64,000 nucleotides of DNA from Candidatus Latescibacterota bacterium (GTDB taxonomy: Bacteria > Krumholzibacteriota > Krumholzibacteriia > WVZY01 > JAKEHA01). The stretch is taken from assembly GCA_963707635.1 (NCBI GenBank), contig OY970173.1, positions 2,080,001 through 2,144,000 of the forward strand, written 5' to 3'. Positions 17,321-28,131 of the stretch are shown here, piece by piece. The notes under the pieces are model-generated. The model was not told where the DNA came from. It ran no database searches and saw only the letters and a list, made by a program, of their open reading frames with translations. Position numbers and translations under genes: made by a program. Each line of letters opens with the position of its first letter. Positions within the stretch are counted from its first letter, which is position 1.

Positions 17321-18996
17321 TCCCGCGCTTCCCAGACGATCGCGCCGCGCACCACCGTGAAGGCCGCGTGCGCCTGCAAGAGTACTCGCGGTTCATGTTG
17401 CACCCGTCCGATGACATCGCGATCCAGGATGGTGAGGTCGGCGCGCCTGCCCACGGCAATCGTCCCCGCGTCTCCCTCGTCGAACGAGGCGTACGCGGCC
17501 CCTTCGGTAAAGGCCGCCACGGCCTCCGGGAACGTCAATCGCTCTTCCGGACGCCAGCCGCCGGGCGGGTTGCCATCCGCGTCCTGCCGCGTGACCGCCG
17601 CGTAGAGACCGAGCAGAGGGTCGACCGCTTCGATCGGGAAGTCGGAACCGAACGCGACCACCGCCCCGCTGTCGAGGAGGGTGCGCCAGACGTAGGCGCC
17701 GCGGAGTCGTTCCACGCCGATCCGCGCCTGCGCCCACGGCATGTCGGAGGTCGCGTGAGTGGGTTGCATGGAGGCGACCACGCCCAGCGACTTGAACCGG
17801 GGAATGTCGTCGAGAGCGAGAATCTGGCAGTGCTCGATCCGCAAACGCGCGTCACGCGCGCCGGTCTCCCGCAGCACCTGTTCATAGATATCGAGGGTCA
17901 AGCGATTGCCGCGATCGCCGATGGCGTGGGTGCCCACCTGGAACCCGTGCCGCACCGCTTCCCGCGTCCAGTACAGGATCGAGTCGGGCGGATCCACGTT
18001 GGTGCCCCGGTTGCCGGGGTCGTCGGTGTACGGCTCGAGCAATGCAGCCCCGCGTGAGCCCAGCGCCCCGTCGGCGCGCAGCTTGATTGCGCGCACTACG
18101 ATGCGGCCGTCGAACTCCCGCGCGGGGCCGGCCGCGAGCTGCTCCCGCAGCAGGGGCGGTTCGTCCGAGTCGAGCAGGCAGTACACGTTGAGCGTCAATT
18201 CGCCCCGCGCGGCCACCCGGCGCAGGGCGCGAAGCACGGCGCGGCTGGTGCCGGCGTCGTGCACGCCGACCAGCCCGACGCGATTGCATTCGCGAATCGC
18301 CAGCTCGATCCGGGCTTCGACCTCGTTCGCGTCCGGTCGCGGAACGCGCGCGGTTACGAGATCTGCTGCGTCGTCGACCAGAATTCCTGTCGGCTCGCCG
18401 CGCGCGTCGTGGAGAATCCGCCCGCCCGGTGGGTCCGGGGTGTCGCGGGTGATGCCGCACGCGTCCAGCGCGGTGCGATTGACCCACAGTGCGTGGCCGT
18501 CGATGCGCTCGAGGTAAACCGGATTGCGCTCCGTGCCCGCCAGGTCCCGCCAGGTGGGAAACGCGGTATCGGCCCAGTCGTTCTGATCCCAGCCCCGGCC
18601 GTAGATCCACACCCCCTTTTCCACCGGCTTCTGCGCGGACACGACCAGAGCGACCGCTTCCTGCGCCGATTCCGTTCCGACCAGCGAGACCGTGCGCAGA
18701 AATTCCCCGAGGTTGGCGAGGTGCGCGTGCGCGTCGACCAGGCCGGGCAGCACCGTCTTGCCGGCGAGGTCCACCCAGCGCGTCTGCTCGCCTCGAAGCG
18801 GTGCCGCACCGTCGGCGTCCCCGACGTAGACGATCCGGTCGCCGCGGATGGCCACCGTGGTCGCCGGAGGCGTCCGTTCGGCAGTCGTGGAATAGACCTG
18901 GCCATTGGCGAATACGAGCGTGGCCTTCTCCTGCGCCCGCGCCGGCGCGGCAATGAGAAGCGCTGCTGCAACCCAGTGCGAGGAACGTGCGTGCAT
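17317..18996 (-). CDS. Exported amidohydrolase (Amidohydro_3 / YtcJ-like)
   Basis: Signal peptide; PGLVDAHAH, KLRADGALGSRGA, HAIGD, RIEHCQ and FGSDFP. Confidence 0.9.
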   Translation of the reverse strand: MHARSSHWVAAALLIAAPARAQEKATLVFANGQVYSTTAERTPPATTVAIRGDRIVYVGDADGAAPLRGEQTRWVDLAGKTVLPGLVDAHAHLANLGEFLRTVSLVGTESAQEAVALVVSAQKPVEKGVWIYGRGWDQNDWADTAFPTWRDLAGTERNPVYLERIDGHALWVNRTALDACGITRDTPDPPGGRILHDARGEPTGILVDDAADLVTARVPRPDANEVEARIELAIRECNRVGLVGVHDAGTSRAVLRALRRVAARGELTLNVYCLLDSDEPPLLREQLAAGPAREFDGRIVVRAIKLRADGALGSRGAALLEPYTDDPGNRGTNVDPPDSILYWTREAVRHGFQVGTHAIGDRGNRLTLDIYEQVLRETGARDARLRIEHCQILALDDIPRFKSLGVVASMQPTHATSDMPWAQARIGVERLRGAYVWRTLLDSGAVVAFGSDFPIEAVDPLLGLYAAVTRQDADGNPPGGWRPEERLTFPEAVAAFTEGAAYASFDEGDAGTIAVGRRADLTILDRDVIGRVQHEPRVLLQAHAAFTVVRGAIVWEARD

Positions 18997-19003
18997 CGTG
19001 GTG

Positions 19004-21883
19004 CTACATCGAGGGCCGCTGCTGGAGCCGGTCCCGGGCGGAACGCACGTCGCGCTTCAGCGGCAGGTCCGCGTCGGCGTGTTTCCACATCGACAGGACG
19101 CGGTCGTAACAATCGAGCGCATTGGCGGTCCGACCGCTCGCCTCGTAGGCGCGGCCCAGGTCGTACCAGGCCGTCGCGTACAGCGACGCCAGGCCGACGC
19201 TCAGGAGCGGGCGGTCGAGCACGGGGCGGAGCTGGTCGATCGCGGCGGCGTTCTGTCCGGATTCCACGAGACAATGGCCGACCACCATGCCGATGAGGTC
19301 GGCCGAGTCGGGGCCGCGCAGCGATTCGGCGGTCAGGCGCGCGCGCGCGTCCAGCGCGCCGGCGCAATCGCCGGCCACGGCGAGCGCGAGCACCCGGTGC
19401 AAGTCGCGCGTCGGGGCCGGAATCACGTCACGGTGGGCGTTGGACAGCTGCCGGACGCGGGTCGTGTCACCTTTCATTATTGCGAAACCGATGAGCGTCT
19501 CCCAGTACTCCCGGGTTCGATAACGGGGCGAAAGCTGTTCGAACGTCACCAGCGCCTCGCGCGCCGTCTTCTCATCCCCGAACCCGTAGTAGAGCAGCCG
19601 CGATTTCCCCGCCAGCACCCGGAGGACGAGGGACGAGTCCTCGTAGACGTGCAGGGCGTTCCCCAGGCCCTCGTCGAGGATCCGAACCGCGTCGTGGTAG
19701 CGGCCGAGGTAGGGATACAAGACACCCGCGCGCATCGAGGCCACCTCGACCAGCACGAGCGGCTCGCCGCGGCCCGCCCCCACCTCGGCTTCGTCGAGGA
19801 GACGGAGCGCATGGTCGGGCTCGCCCATCGAAAAGCGCACCGCGGAGAGGCGCATCGCGATCTTGGGGTCGCCGGGGTCGCGTTCCTTGGCCCGCGCGAG
19901 CGACTCCAGCGCCGCCGGCGCATCGCCGAGCAGCAACTGAACCGACGCCTGGTTCTCCAGCGCCTCCGCCGATCCGGTCGTGCCAACCCAGCGCCGCGCC
20001 ATGGCCAGCGCTTCCTCGTATCGGTTCAAGCGCATCAGCGTCCACGTCAAGTGTTGTAGCGCGCGTTCCATCTGCGGGTCGATGACGAGCGCCTCGTTGA
20101 GATGAACAGCCGCGGAATCGAAGTTCGCGGAGTGAAACTCGGCGTCGCCCAGTCCGAAGAGCATCTCCTTGTCGTCCGGATACAGCGCGCGCATCTCGGT
20201 CAGGACCGGCAGCTGGGCCTCGAAGCCGTCGTCGAGCGCGGCTTTCAGCGCGCGCACGAGGAACCGTTCCTTCATCGGGAGGCGGTCCAGATTGTCGACC
20301 GCGTACATGATGTGTTTCCTGGCGTCGTCCGCCCGCCCGCGCGCCCACCACTCCGTGTAGGCGAGCCGGTAGTAGGCGAGCGCGAATGTCGAATCCTTCT
20401 CGATCGCCTGCTGGAAGGACGCGCGCGCGCCGTTGAAGTCGAGACGGTTGAGCATCTCTTCGCCCTCGAAGTAGGCCTGGTAGGCGGCCAGGTCGGGCGT
20501 GGTCACGTCCGCCACCGACGCGGTGCGCGCGACGGCGTCGAGCGCCTCGCGCAGGTCGATGCGGATGTCGCGCGCGATCTCGTCGATCATGTGCGGGATG
20601 CTCTCCTGCCCGCGCCCCTCTTCCTTGGTGGTGAACACGTAGCGGTGCGCGCGCGTGTCGAGCACCTTGAGGTCGATCGTGTACAGGTCGCCGAAGCGAC
20701 GGATGGTGGGAATGACAAGCACGTCTACGCCCGCGGCGTCGCAGATGCGTTGTCCCAGCGATTCATCGATGCGTTCCACGCCTCCCCGGCCGATGGTCTT
20801 CAGCAGGTCGAACATGCGGGAGCGCGTCATGACGGAGAGCCGGCGCGACTGCTCGAGGGCCGTGATCAACATGCCCGAAAGTCCGTCGAGCGAGGCGTCG
20901 TCGGTTTCGTTGTTGAAATCGATCACCGCGATCGGAACGCGCTCCTGCCCTCCCGCCTGCCGCCCGTGGAGGAAGTCGTAGACGACGAAGGCGGCCACCA
21001 GGGTCAGCACCGTCGCCGCCGCCAGCGTCATCGCGCGGGCCCGGCTGGGGGCGTCGCGGCGCCACGCCGCGGCGGGGTTGATGGCTCTCCGCAGCGCCAG
21101 GATCAGTTCGTCGAGGGTCTGGAAGCGCTCGTCCGGATTTTTCTTCAGACAGCGCTCCACGATTTTCAGGACGCGCGACGGCACCGCCGGCCTCAGCTCG
21201 GCGAGCGGCCTTGGCGCCTCGTTCAGAATCGAATAGAGAACCGCTTGCTCGTAATCGCCGCGGAATGGCAGCTGCCCGGCGAGCATCTCGTAGAGGACCA
21301 CCCCGAGCGACCAGATGTCGGTGCGCTGGTCGACGGTCTCGCCCCGCGCCTGTTCCGGAGACATGTACGCGGACGTGCCGCGCGACGAGAAACGGTCGTC
21401 GATGCGGCCGGCTTCCACCGGGCGCGCCAGCCCGAAGTCCATGATCACGGCCTGACCCGACGGGGTGATCATGATATTGGAGCTCTTCATGTCGCGGTGG
21501 ACGATCCCTTTGGTGTGCGCCTGCTTGAGTCCGTCCGCGATCTCGATCAGAAAACGCAGCGCCTCGTCGGTCTCGATGTGACCGGAGAGGACGCGGTCGC
21601 GCAGCGTCGACCCCTCGATGAACTGCATCGCGATGAAGACGCGCCCGTCGATCTCGTTGATCTCGTAGATGGTACAGATGTTGGGATGGGTGAGTCCTGC
21701 CGCCGCGCGGGCTTCGTGCACGAGGCGCTGTTGCTCGTCGGCGCTGGAGACAATGAGCGGGTGGAGGAACTTCAGCGCGACGGTTCGTTGCAGACGGGTG
21801 TCCTCCGCCTTGTAGACGAGGCCCATCCCGCCTTCGCCGAGCTTCTCGGTGATCTGATACTGGTGTACACGCTGCCCGATCAT
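19004..21883 (-). CDS. Membrane Ser/Thr protein kinase with extracytoplasmic TolB/FlgO-like and TPR regions
   Basis: LGEGGMG, VALK, HRDMKSSN, DFG and YMSPEQ; TM around aa 285-305; TPR-like repeats. Confidence 0.92.
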   Translation of the reverse strand: MIGQRVHQYQITEKLGEGGMGLVYKAEDTRLQRTVALKFLHPLIVSSADEQQRLVHEARAAAGLTHPNICTIYEINEIDGRVFIAMQFIEGSTLRDRVLSGHIETDEALRFLIEIADGLKQAHTKGIVHRDMKSSNIMITPSGQAVIMDFGLARPVEAGRIDDRFSSRGTSAYMSPEQARGETVDQRTDIWSLGVVLYEMLAGQLPFRGDYEQAVLYSILNEAPRPLAELRPAVPSRVLKIVERCLKKNPDERFQTLDELILALRRAINPAAAWRRDAPSRARAMTLAAATVLTLVAAFVVYDFLHGRQAGGQERVPIAVIDFNNETDDASLDGLSGMLITALEQSRRLSVMTRSRMFDLLKTIGRGGVERIDESLGQRICDAAGVDVLVIPTIRRFGDLYTIDLKVLDTRAHRYVFTTKEEGRGQESIPHMIDEIARDIRIDLREALDAVARTASVADVTTPDLAAYQAYFEGEEMLNRLDFNGARASFQQAIEKDSTFALAYYRLAYTEWWARGRADDARKHIMYAVDNLDRLPMKERFLVRALKAALDDGFEAQLPVLTEMRALYPDDKEMLFGLGDAEFHSANFDSAAVHLNEALVIDPQMERALQHLTWTLMRLNRYEEALAMARRWVGTTGSAEALENQASVQLLLGDAPAALESLARAKERDPGDPKIAMRLSAVRFSMGEPDHALRLLDEAEVGAGRGEPLVLVEVASMRAGVLYPYLGRYHDAVRILDEGLGNALHVYEDSSLVLRVLAGKSRLLYYGFGDEKTAREALVTFEQLSPRYRTREYWETLIGFAIMKGDTTRVRQLSNAHRDVIPAPTRDLHRVLALAVAGDCAGALDARARLTAESLRGPDSADLIGMVVGHCLVESGQNAAAIDQLRPVLDRPLLSVGLASLYATAWYDLGRAYEASGRTANALDCYDRVLSMWKHADADLPLKRDVRSARDRLQQRPSM

Positions 21884-21969
21884 AATCCGCTTCTATTCCG
21901 GGGGCTCACGCCATGCCGTAGGGTGTACTACTGCATACGCCGCGGCCGACGTTGGGTTGCACGGGTGGG

Positions 21970-23304
21970 TCAGGAGACCCGCTTCAGCACGATGATCGTG
22001 AGGTCGTCGATGCGCTCCGCGCCCTGTTCGTGCTTGAGGACCGCCTCGATGACCTTCTGCATGAGGTCGCCCGCCCCCGCGGAAGCGTTCGCTTCCACCG
22101 TGCGCATCAGACGCTCCTCGCCGAAGGGGCTTTCGAACTCGTTGACGGCGTCGGGGATCCCGTCCGAATAGATGACGAGCGTGTCACCGGGGTCGAGGGT
22201 GGCGGAGCCCTCCTGGTACGGAAAATCGTCGAGGACGCCGAGCGCCATGCCCCCGGTGGCAAGCCGCGCCGGCGGAGCCCCGGTCTTGAAGACCATCGGG
22301 TGCTCGTGGCCGGCGTTGCAGAACGACAACGTGTGCCGCTGCGCGTCGAGCACCGCCATGAACAGAGTCGCGAACTTCTCCGGATCGGTGCTCTCGTAGA
22401 GGAGGCGGTTCGAACGAACGATGGTCGCCCCCACGGGCGTGTCCAGCGCGGTCTGGCCGCGGAGCGTGGCCTGGAGGTTCGCCATCAGGAGCGACGCCGG
22501 CAATCCCTTTCCCGATACGTCGCCCAGACAGATGGCCCAGCGGGGGCCGTTGATGTGGATGAAGTCGTAGTAGTCCCCGCCGACCATTTGCGCCGCGATG
22601 CTGCACGCCGCGATGTCATATCCCGGCAGCGTGGGCGGCGCCTTCGGCAGCAGGTCCTGTTGAATCTGGGCCGCCAGCTTGACCTGCTCCTTCATCCCCA
22701 CCAGCGCTTTTTCCTCCTCGTAGAGGCGCGCGTTCTCGATGATCTGCGCGGACTGCCCGGCGATGATGGCGAGCAGGCGCTGGTCTTCGTCGGTGAACCC
22801 GACTTCGTCCTTCTTGTTGTAGCTGGTGACGACGCCGATCAACTCCGACTTCACCATCAGCGGGACGCAGAGAATAGAGTGGATGCTCTGGTCCCACTTG
22901 AGCCCGCGGAAGCGATCGTCGTTGGTAGGGTCGTTGGTGAGCAGCGGCTTCTTGTAGAGGTGCATCCACCCGAGCAGGTTCTCGTTCACGTGGTAGTGCG
23001 TATGTTCGGAGGAGCTGGTCATGGCACGGACCAGCGTCTTCATCGGCTGGTCGGCGTTGCGATCGACCAGCGTCACGACCGTCTGCTCGGCCAGCACCGC
23101 CCGCATCGAACGGTCCACGATCTTGCGGATGATATCCTGGGAATCGACCGACGCGCCGATCGCGCGGGCCAGGTCGTTCAGGATGGACAACTCCTCGACC
23201 GCCCGCTTGAGCTGCCGGTTTTCCTCCCGGAGCAGGTCGGCATCGTCGCCGGCCTCCTCCTCGCCGGCGCGGCCGAACGGCAGCCGAAAACCCTTTTTGG
23301 TCAT
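21970..23304 (-). CDS. GAF + SpoIIE/PP2C phosphatase (RsbU-like)
   Basis: GAF (SILCVPLMV..FTDED); VGGDYYD, GDVSGKG, NAGH, YSDG and DDLT. ATG at 23304. Confidence 0.92.
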   Translation of the reverse strand: MTKKGFRLPFGRAGEEEAGDDADLLREENRQLKRAVEELSILNDLARAIGASVDSQDIIRKIVDRSMRAVLAEQTVVTLVDRNADQPMKTLVRAMTSSSEHTHYHVNENLLGWMHLYKKPLLTNDPTNDDRFRGLKWDQSIHSILCVPLMVKSELIGVVTSYNKKDEVGFTDEDQRLLAIIAGQSAQIIENARLYEEEKALVGMKEQVKLAAQIQQDLLPKAPPTLPGYDIAACSIAAQMVGGDYYDFIHINGPRWAICLGDVSGKGLPASLLMANLQATLRGQTALDTPVGATIVRSNRLLYESTDPEKFATLFMAVLDAQRHTLSFCNAGHEHPMVFKTGAPPARLATGGMALGVLDDFPYQEGSATLDPGDTLVIYSDGIPDAVNEFESPFGEERLMRTVEANASAGAGDLMQKVIEAVLKHEQGAERIDDLTIIVLKRVS

Positions 23305-23439
23305 GGGGGCCTCTCTGCTAGAGTCAGCGGACCGAACCGCGTAACGGTCCACGAACTTGCCCAGTATCCGACGGCGGCAGGGCGAATGCAACACGGTTTC
23401 GTCAACGGCGCGCGCAGCACGCGCGTGGAGTCTTGACCG

Positions 23440-23883
23440 GTGAGAATCGCCACCACGCGCCTGGAAATCGTTACCGACGTCGGGGTTTCGCTGGCGGACA
23501 TCACCAGCGACGTCAACGCGTTCATTGCCGCAAGGGGCGTCGCCCGCGGGCTGTGCATCGTGACGGTCGGGCCGGAGGATTCCGGCCTCTCGCTGGCTGC
23601 CAGCCTCGACGACGACGTGGAGGATCTGCTCCGTCTCGGGCGGCGCCACCTCCCGGCGGCAGCCGAAACGGGCTCCCGGCCCGCGCGAGCAGTCACCCGG
23701 GCGGTGGTGGATCGGGCGGACGTCGAAGAGCCGGGCTACAGTCCGGCAGGGATCATGGCGTACTGTCTTTCGCTTGCGATCCGTCAGGGAGGTCTCCACC
23801 TGGGCAACTGGGACGCCGTGGTGCTGATCGACGCCGCCGGGCCGAGGCGGCTTCCGGTGGACATCATTCTGATGGGATCCTGA
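23440..23883 (+). CDS. Divergent YjbQ (UPF0047)-like protein
   Basis: ADITSDV..GLCIV...LAIRQGGLHLGNWDAVVLID..GPRR resembles YjbQ, but the conserved His residues are missing. Confidence 0.6.
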   Translation: MRIATTRLEIVTDVGVSLADITSDVNAFIAARGVARGLCIVTVGPEDSGLSLAASLDDDVEDLLRLGRRHLPAAAETGSRPARAVTRAVVDRADVEEPGYSPAGIMAYCLSLAIRQGGLHLGNWDAVVLIDAAGPRRLPVDIILMGS

Positions 23884-24016
23884 CTTCTGAAGCTGCTTGA
23901 ATTAGCATGCCTATCTCATTTAAAATAAGACAGGTTACCGTTTCGCTCCCAGGGCGGTTCCCGCCCGGCGCGTGGTCGCGGGATCTCGCTCTCTGCGCCC
24001 GAGTTCCATCTGCGAA

Positions 24017-26111
24017 GTGTTGACGCCCGTGTCGTTGCTTGAACGCCCCAGGGTCCATGGCGCACTCGCGCCGGCCGTGATCATTGTCCTCGCCGGGATC
24101 GCCCTGGCCAGTCCGCCAGCGTCCGCTCCGCTGGCCACCCTCGTCCGGTTGTCCTCCTGGATGCTGGTCATGGTGATTCCCGGGATCGCTGTCCACCGTC
24201 TGGTCACGCGCCGCCCGGGTGGTCTGGGTGAGGCGGTGCTGGCGGGCTTCATCGTCTCCCCGGTTGTGCTCGCGGTGTTCGGCGTGCTGGCGCTCACGCT
24301 GGGTGCCTCCCCCGCTGCCGCCGCGCACGCGTGCGTCGTGCTCGCGGCCGGGGTCGCACTCGCCGCCACCGCGGTGCAACGGGTCCCCTTCACGCGCCCC
24401 CCCCGCCGGGAGACGCTGGTGTTCGTCGCGTTCGTCGCCGCACTGGTTCTTCTCACCGCCTTCCTTCCATTTACACGGGAATGGTGGCGGGTGCGCTCCG
24501 ACGCGTGGTTCCACGCCGCCGTGGTCGCGCAGATCGAGCACACCGGCGTGCCGCCCGAAGATCCCTACTTCGCCGGCGTTCAGCTCCAGTACATGTGGTT
24601 TTACCACGTGCTCGTCCTCCTGCTGGCGCGCACCCTCGATCTCGACTCCTTCTGGTGCATGGCGATGGTGAACGTCCACGCCCTGGTGGGACTCTCGCTG
24701 GCGGTTTTCTGCCTCGCCGGCGTGTTTCGCGACCGCTTCGCGGATCGTCTGGCGGCGACGGCGACGGTGCTGCTCGCTTTCAATGCCGCGTTCTGGGTGT
24801 TCTTTCCGGTCAAGGCGCTCAAGGCATTCATCGGCGACGTTCGCGGCAGCCGAGGAAATCGCGCGCACCTTTGCGCTTACGCCGCTCCACTACCAGACTG
24901 CCTTTCGTTTTCTCGAGACGTACTACAACCCCGTGTTCTTCCTGGACAAGTTCATGGTGGGGACGGCATTCGGACTCGCGCTCGCATGGATGACCGCCGC
25001 GTGGGCATCGGCGTGCCGCTACACGGCAACGCGTCGGCCCGAAGCTCTCTGCGTGTTCGCGGCCGCGTTGGTCGGAATGCTCGGGTTTCATAGCGTGGTC
25101 GGCGTCGTGACCATCGTCGGCATCTGGGGAGGTCTGGCGCTGACGCACCTGCGCCGCGCGCACGTGGCCGGTTACCAACCACGCTCCGCGACCGTGCTGC
25201 TCGTGGTCTCGGCGGCGGCGCTCGTCGTGATGGCGCCCTACCTGCACCAGGTGACGCACCTGCGGGACACGCGCGGCGCGTGGCCAGTCGGCTTCGGGTT
25301 CCGGAAACTCGCGGCCATGGTGGTTCCCTGTGCGTTTGTGTTCGTGGTTGCCTGGCGGGAGACGCGCATGCGCCGGGACACCGGCTGGCCGGCCCGCTTC
25401 TTCGTGTTTGGCAGCCTCGCGGCTGCTTTGTTCGCGCTAGTGCTCCGGCTTCCCGGGCCCAACGACAATCACAAGCCCGGCTTCTTCGCGTTCGTCCCGC
25501 TCGCCGTCGTCGCGGGGTTCGGGCTGGTGGAGTCGGTCACCGCCCGGACGGGGGTTCGCCGTGTGGTGACCGCGCTGGCGTGGTCACTGCTGTTTTTCGT
25601 CCCCGTCAACGCAATCGCGCTGATCCATTATTACGGGACGCCCGTGAGCGCAACCGTCACGAAGGACGAGGAAGCCATGGCACGCTGGGTGCGCGCCAAC
25701 ACGTCGCGCGACGCCGTCTTCGTCGACGACGAGGACCGCGTGTTCCTCCTGGTGACGGGGCCGCGCCGCTATCTATTCGGCTCGTGGGACTACGCGCAAC
25801 AATGGAGCTACTCGAGGGCGGAGATGGCCCGCCGGTTCCACGCGTGCCGCGCGCTGTACGGGGCCCGGCCCTTCGACGCGACCACGCTCGACGTGCTCGC
25901 GAGCGTCGACGCGCCCCTGTTCGTCGTGGTGCGCGGGCGGCATCGGTTCGCGGGTGCGGCCGTCACGGCCCACCCCGAGTTGTTTGCGACCGTGCACACG
26001 GAGGGCGACCTGTCGCTCGTGCGGGTGGACGCCGACGCCTGCCGGCGGGCGATCGACGCCGCTCCCGCCGCCATCGCGGCCGAGGATCTGATTCGCGAAT
26101 CCGGACTGTGA
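24017..26111 (+). CDS. Large multi-TM GT-C/STT3-like membrane protein; frameshift near 24848
   Basis: ORF 23972..25093 (SDAWFH..PPEDPYFAG..YMWFYH) continues into ORF 24783..26111 (WVRANTSRDAVFVDD). Start codon uncertain. Confidence 0.65.
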
Positions 26112-26127
26112 CTTCGTTGGGAGCGAT

Positions 26128-27063
26128 ATGTATCGAGACAAACAGATTGGAGTCGTGATTCCCGCCTACAACGTGGCCGACCACATTCGCCACGTGGTCG
26201 ACGGACTGCCGGCGCTGGTCGATCGCATTGTGGTGGTCAACGATGCGTCGAAAGACAGGACGTCCGAGGTGCTCGGGTCCCTGTCGGAACCGCGCGTGCA
26301 GGTGCTCGCGTTGCCCTCCAACACCGGCGTAGGGGGTGCGATGGTGGCGGGATTTCGAGCCGCTCTCGCCGGCGGTGTCGACATCGTCGTCAAGATGGAC
26401 GGCGACGGCCAGATGGACCCGCAGCAGCTCCCGCGTCTGCTCGACGCGATCATCGTCGATGGATTCGACTACGCGAAGGGCAACCGCTTTCTGGACAGCG
26501 ACGAGCTGGCGCAGATGCCCAAGCTGCGCCTCTTCGGGAACTTCATCCTGAGCTTTCTCACCAAGCTTTCGTCCGGGTACTGGAGTGTGTTCGATCCGCA
26601 GAACGGGTTCGTGGCGATCGACGCCGCCGTGCTCCGGAGGATCCCGCTCGACCGCCTGTCACGGCGCTACTTCTTCGAGAACGACATGCTCGTGCATCTC
26701 AACATCGTCCAGGCGCGCGTCAAGGACGTCGCCATTCCCGCGCGCTACGGTGACGAGCGCTCGTCGCTGCGGGTGTCGCAGGTGCTGGCCACGTTTCCGG
26801 CCTACCTGTGCCGCCGCTTCTGGTACCGCGTCTATCAACGCCACGTTCTGCGGGATTTCTCCGTCGTCGCCGTGTTCTGGGTCGTGGGCGCGGCGCTGGT
26901 CGTGTGGGGAGTCGGGTTCGGAGCGACCATGTGGGTGATTTCGGCCGTTTCCGGCCGCGTCGCGTCCACCGGCACGGTCATGCTGGCGGCGCTGCCATTG
27001 ATCCTCGGCTTCCAGCTCGTTCTGCAGGCGATCCTGATCGAAATCCAGGAGTCGTCGCGATGA
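26128..27063 (+). CDS. GT2 glycosyltransferase (polyprenol-phosphate GT-like) with C-terminal TMs
   Basis: VVIPAYN, VVNDASKD, KMDGDGQ, KGNRF and DPQNGF. Confidence 0.92.
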   Translation: MYRDKQIGVVIPAYNVADHIRHVVDGLPALVDRIVVVNDASKDRTSEVLGSLSEPRVQVLALPSNTGVGGAMVAGFRAALAGGVDIVVKMDGDGQMDPQQLPRLLDAIIVDGFDYAKGNRFLDSDELAQMPKLRLFGNFILSFLTKLSSGYWSVFDPQNGFVAIDAAVLRRIPLDRLSRRYFFENDMLVHLNIVQARVKDVAIPARYGDERSSLRVSQVLATFPAYLCRRFWYRVYQRHVLRDFSVVAVFWVVGAALVVWGVGFGATMWVISAVSGRVASTGTVMLAALPLILGFQLVLQAILIEIQESSR

Positions 27064-27094
27064 CCTCCTCCCCCGCCTTCGCCCGGAGCGCTCC

Positions 27095-28069
27095 GTGAAA
27101 CGCAAGTTCGCGTTCGGGATCGCGATGAGCGGCGCATTCCTCTACCTGGCCACGCGCGGCATCGACTGGAACGCCTTCGCCGCCGCGGTGCAGCGGACAC
27201 GCGTCTGGCTGCTGGTCCCCGGCATCGTGTTCACGATGCTCGGACACTTCAGCCGCTCGGTGCGCTGGAAGTTCATGATGTCGCCGATCAAGGAATGCGC
27301 GGTGGGCCGGCTCTGGCCGGCCACGGCGATCGCGTTCATGGTCAACAATCTGCTCCCCGCGCGCCTGGGCGAGTTCGTCCGCGCGTACGTGATCGGACGC
27401 ACGGAGGAGGTCAGCAAGTCAGCCGCGTTCGCCACCATCGTCTACGAGCGCGTCGTCGACGTGTTCGTCCTGATCCTCCTGCTCTGGTACTGCATGATGC
27501 GGGTCGCGGGGCCCCCGTGGCTGCAGCGAAGCGCCACCCTGCTCCTGGTCTGCAACCTGGTCCTGTTCGGGCTGCTGGTGGCGATGGTGCGCTGGCGGGG
27601 CCATTTTCGGGCGCTGGTGGACCGCGGGGTGAGACCGCTACCCACCGAGACCCGGCGGAGAATCCACGGGTCCGCGAACGCGTTCGTCGACGGCCTGGGC
27701 GTGCTCACCCGCCCCGCCTCCAGCATCCCCATCGCGCTGCTGTCGGTGGCGGTGTGGGGGTTTGCAGCGCTCGGTATCTACTGCAGCGTGCTCGCGTGCC
27801 GGCTGGAGCTGCCCGCGATGGCGAGCGTCGTCCTGCTCGTGCTGATGTCGCTCGGGTCGATGATCCCATCGGCGCCAGCGTTCGTCGGCACCCTCCAATA
27901 CGCGTGCGTGGTGGGGCTCGGACTCTACGGCGTGGATCGCGGCGAAGCCCTCGCCTTCTCGGCCGTGTACCACGCGACTCAGTTCTTCCCGATCACCCTG
28001 GTCGGGCTATACTATGCGTGGCGTTCGCACCTGCGCCTGTCCGAGCTTTCCAACGGCCGGGCCGCGTGA
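27095..28069 (+). CDS. LPG synthase TM-domain / flippase-like protein
   Basis: RSVRW, NNLLPARLGEFVRA, ERVVD and PSAPAFVG. Confidence 0.85.
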   Translation: MKRKFAFGIAMSGAFLYLATRGIDWNAFAAAVQRTRVWLLVPGIVFTMLGHFSRSVRWKFMMSPIKECAVGRLWPATAIAFMVNNLLPARLGEFVRAYVIGRTEEVSKSAAFATIVYERVVDVFVLILLLWYCMMRVAGPPWLQRSATLLLVCNLVLFGLLVAMVRWRGHFRALVDRGVRPLPTETRRRIHGSANAFVDGLGVLTRPASSIPIALLSVAVWGFAALGIYCSVLACRLELPAMASVVLLVLMSLGSMIPSAPAFVGTLQYACVVGLGLYGVDRGEALAFSAVYHATQFFPITLVGLYYAWRSHLRLSELSNGRAA

Positions 28070-28131
28070 TGCGCCGCGCGGCTGGCCGGCATGTCGGTGC
28101 GTCAGACCATTCACATCACGGAGTCACACCC

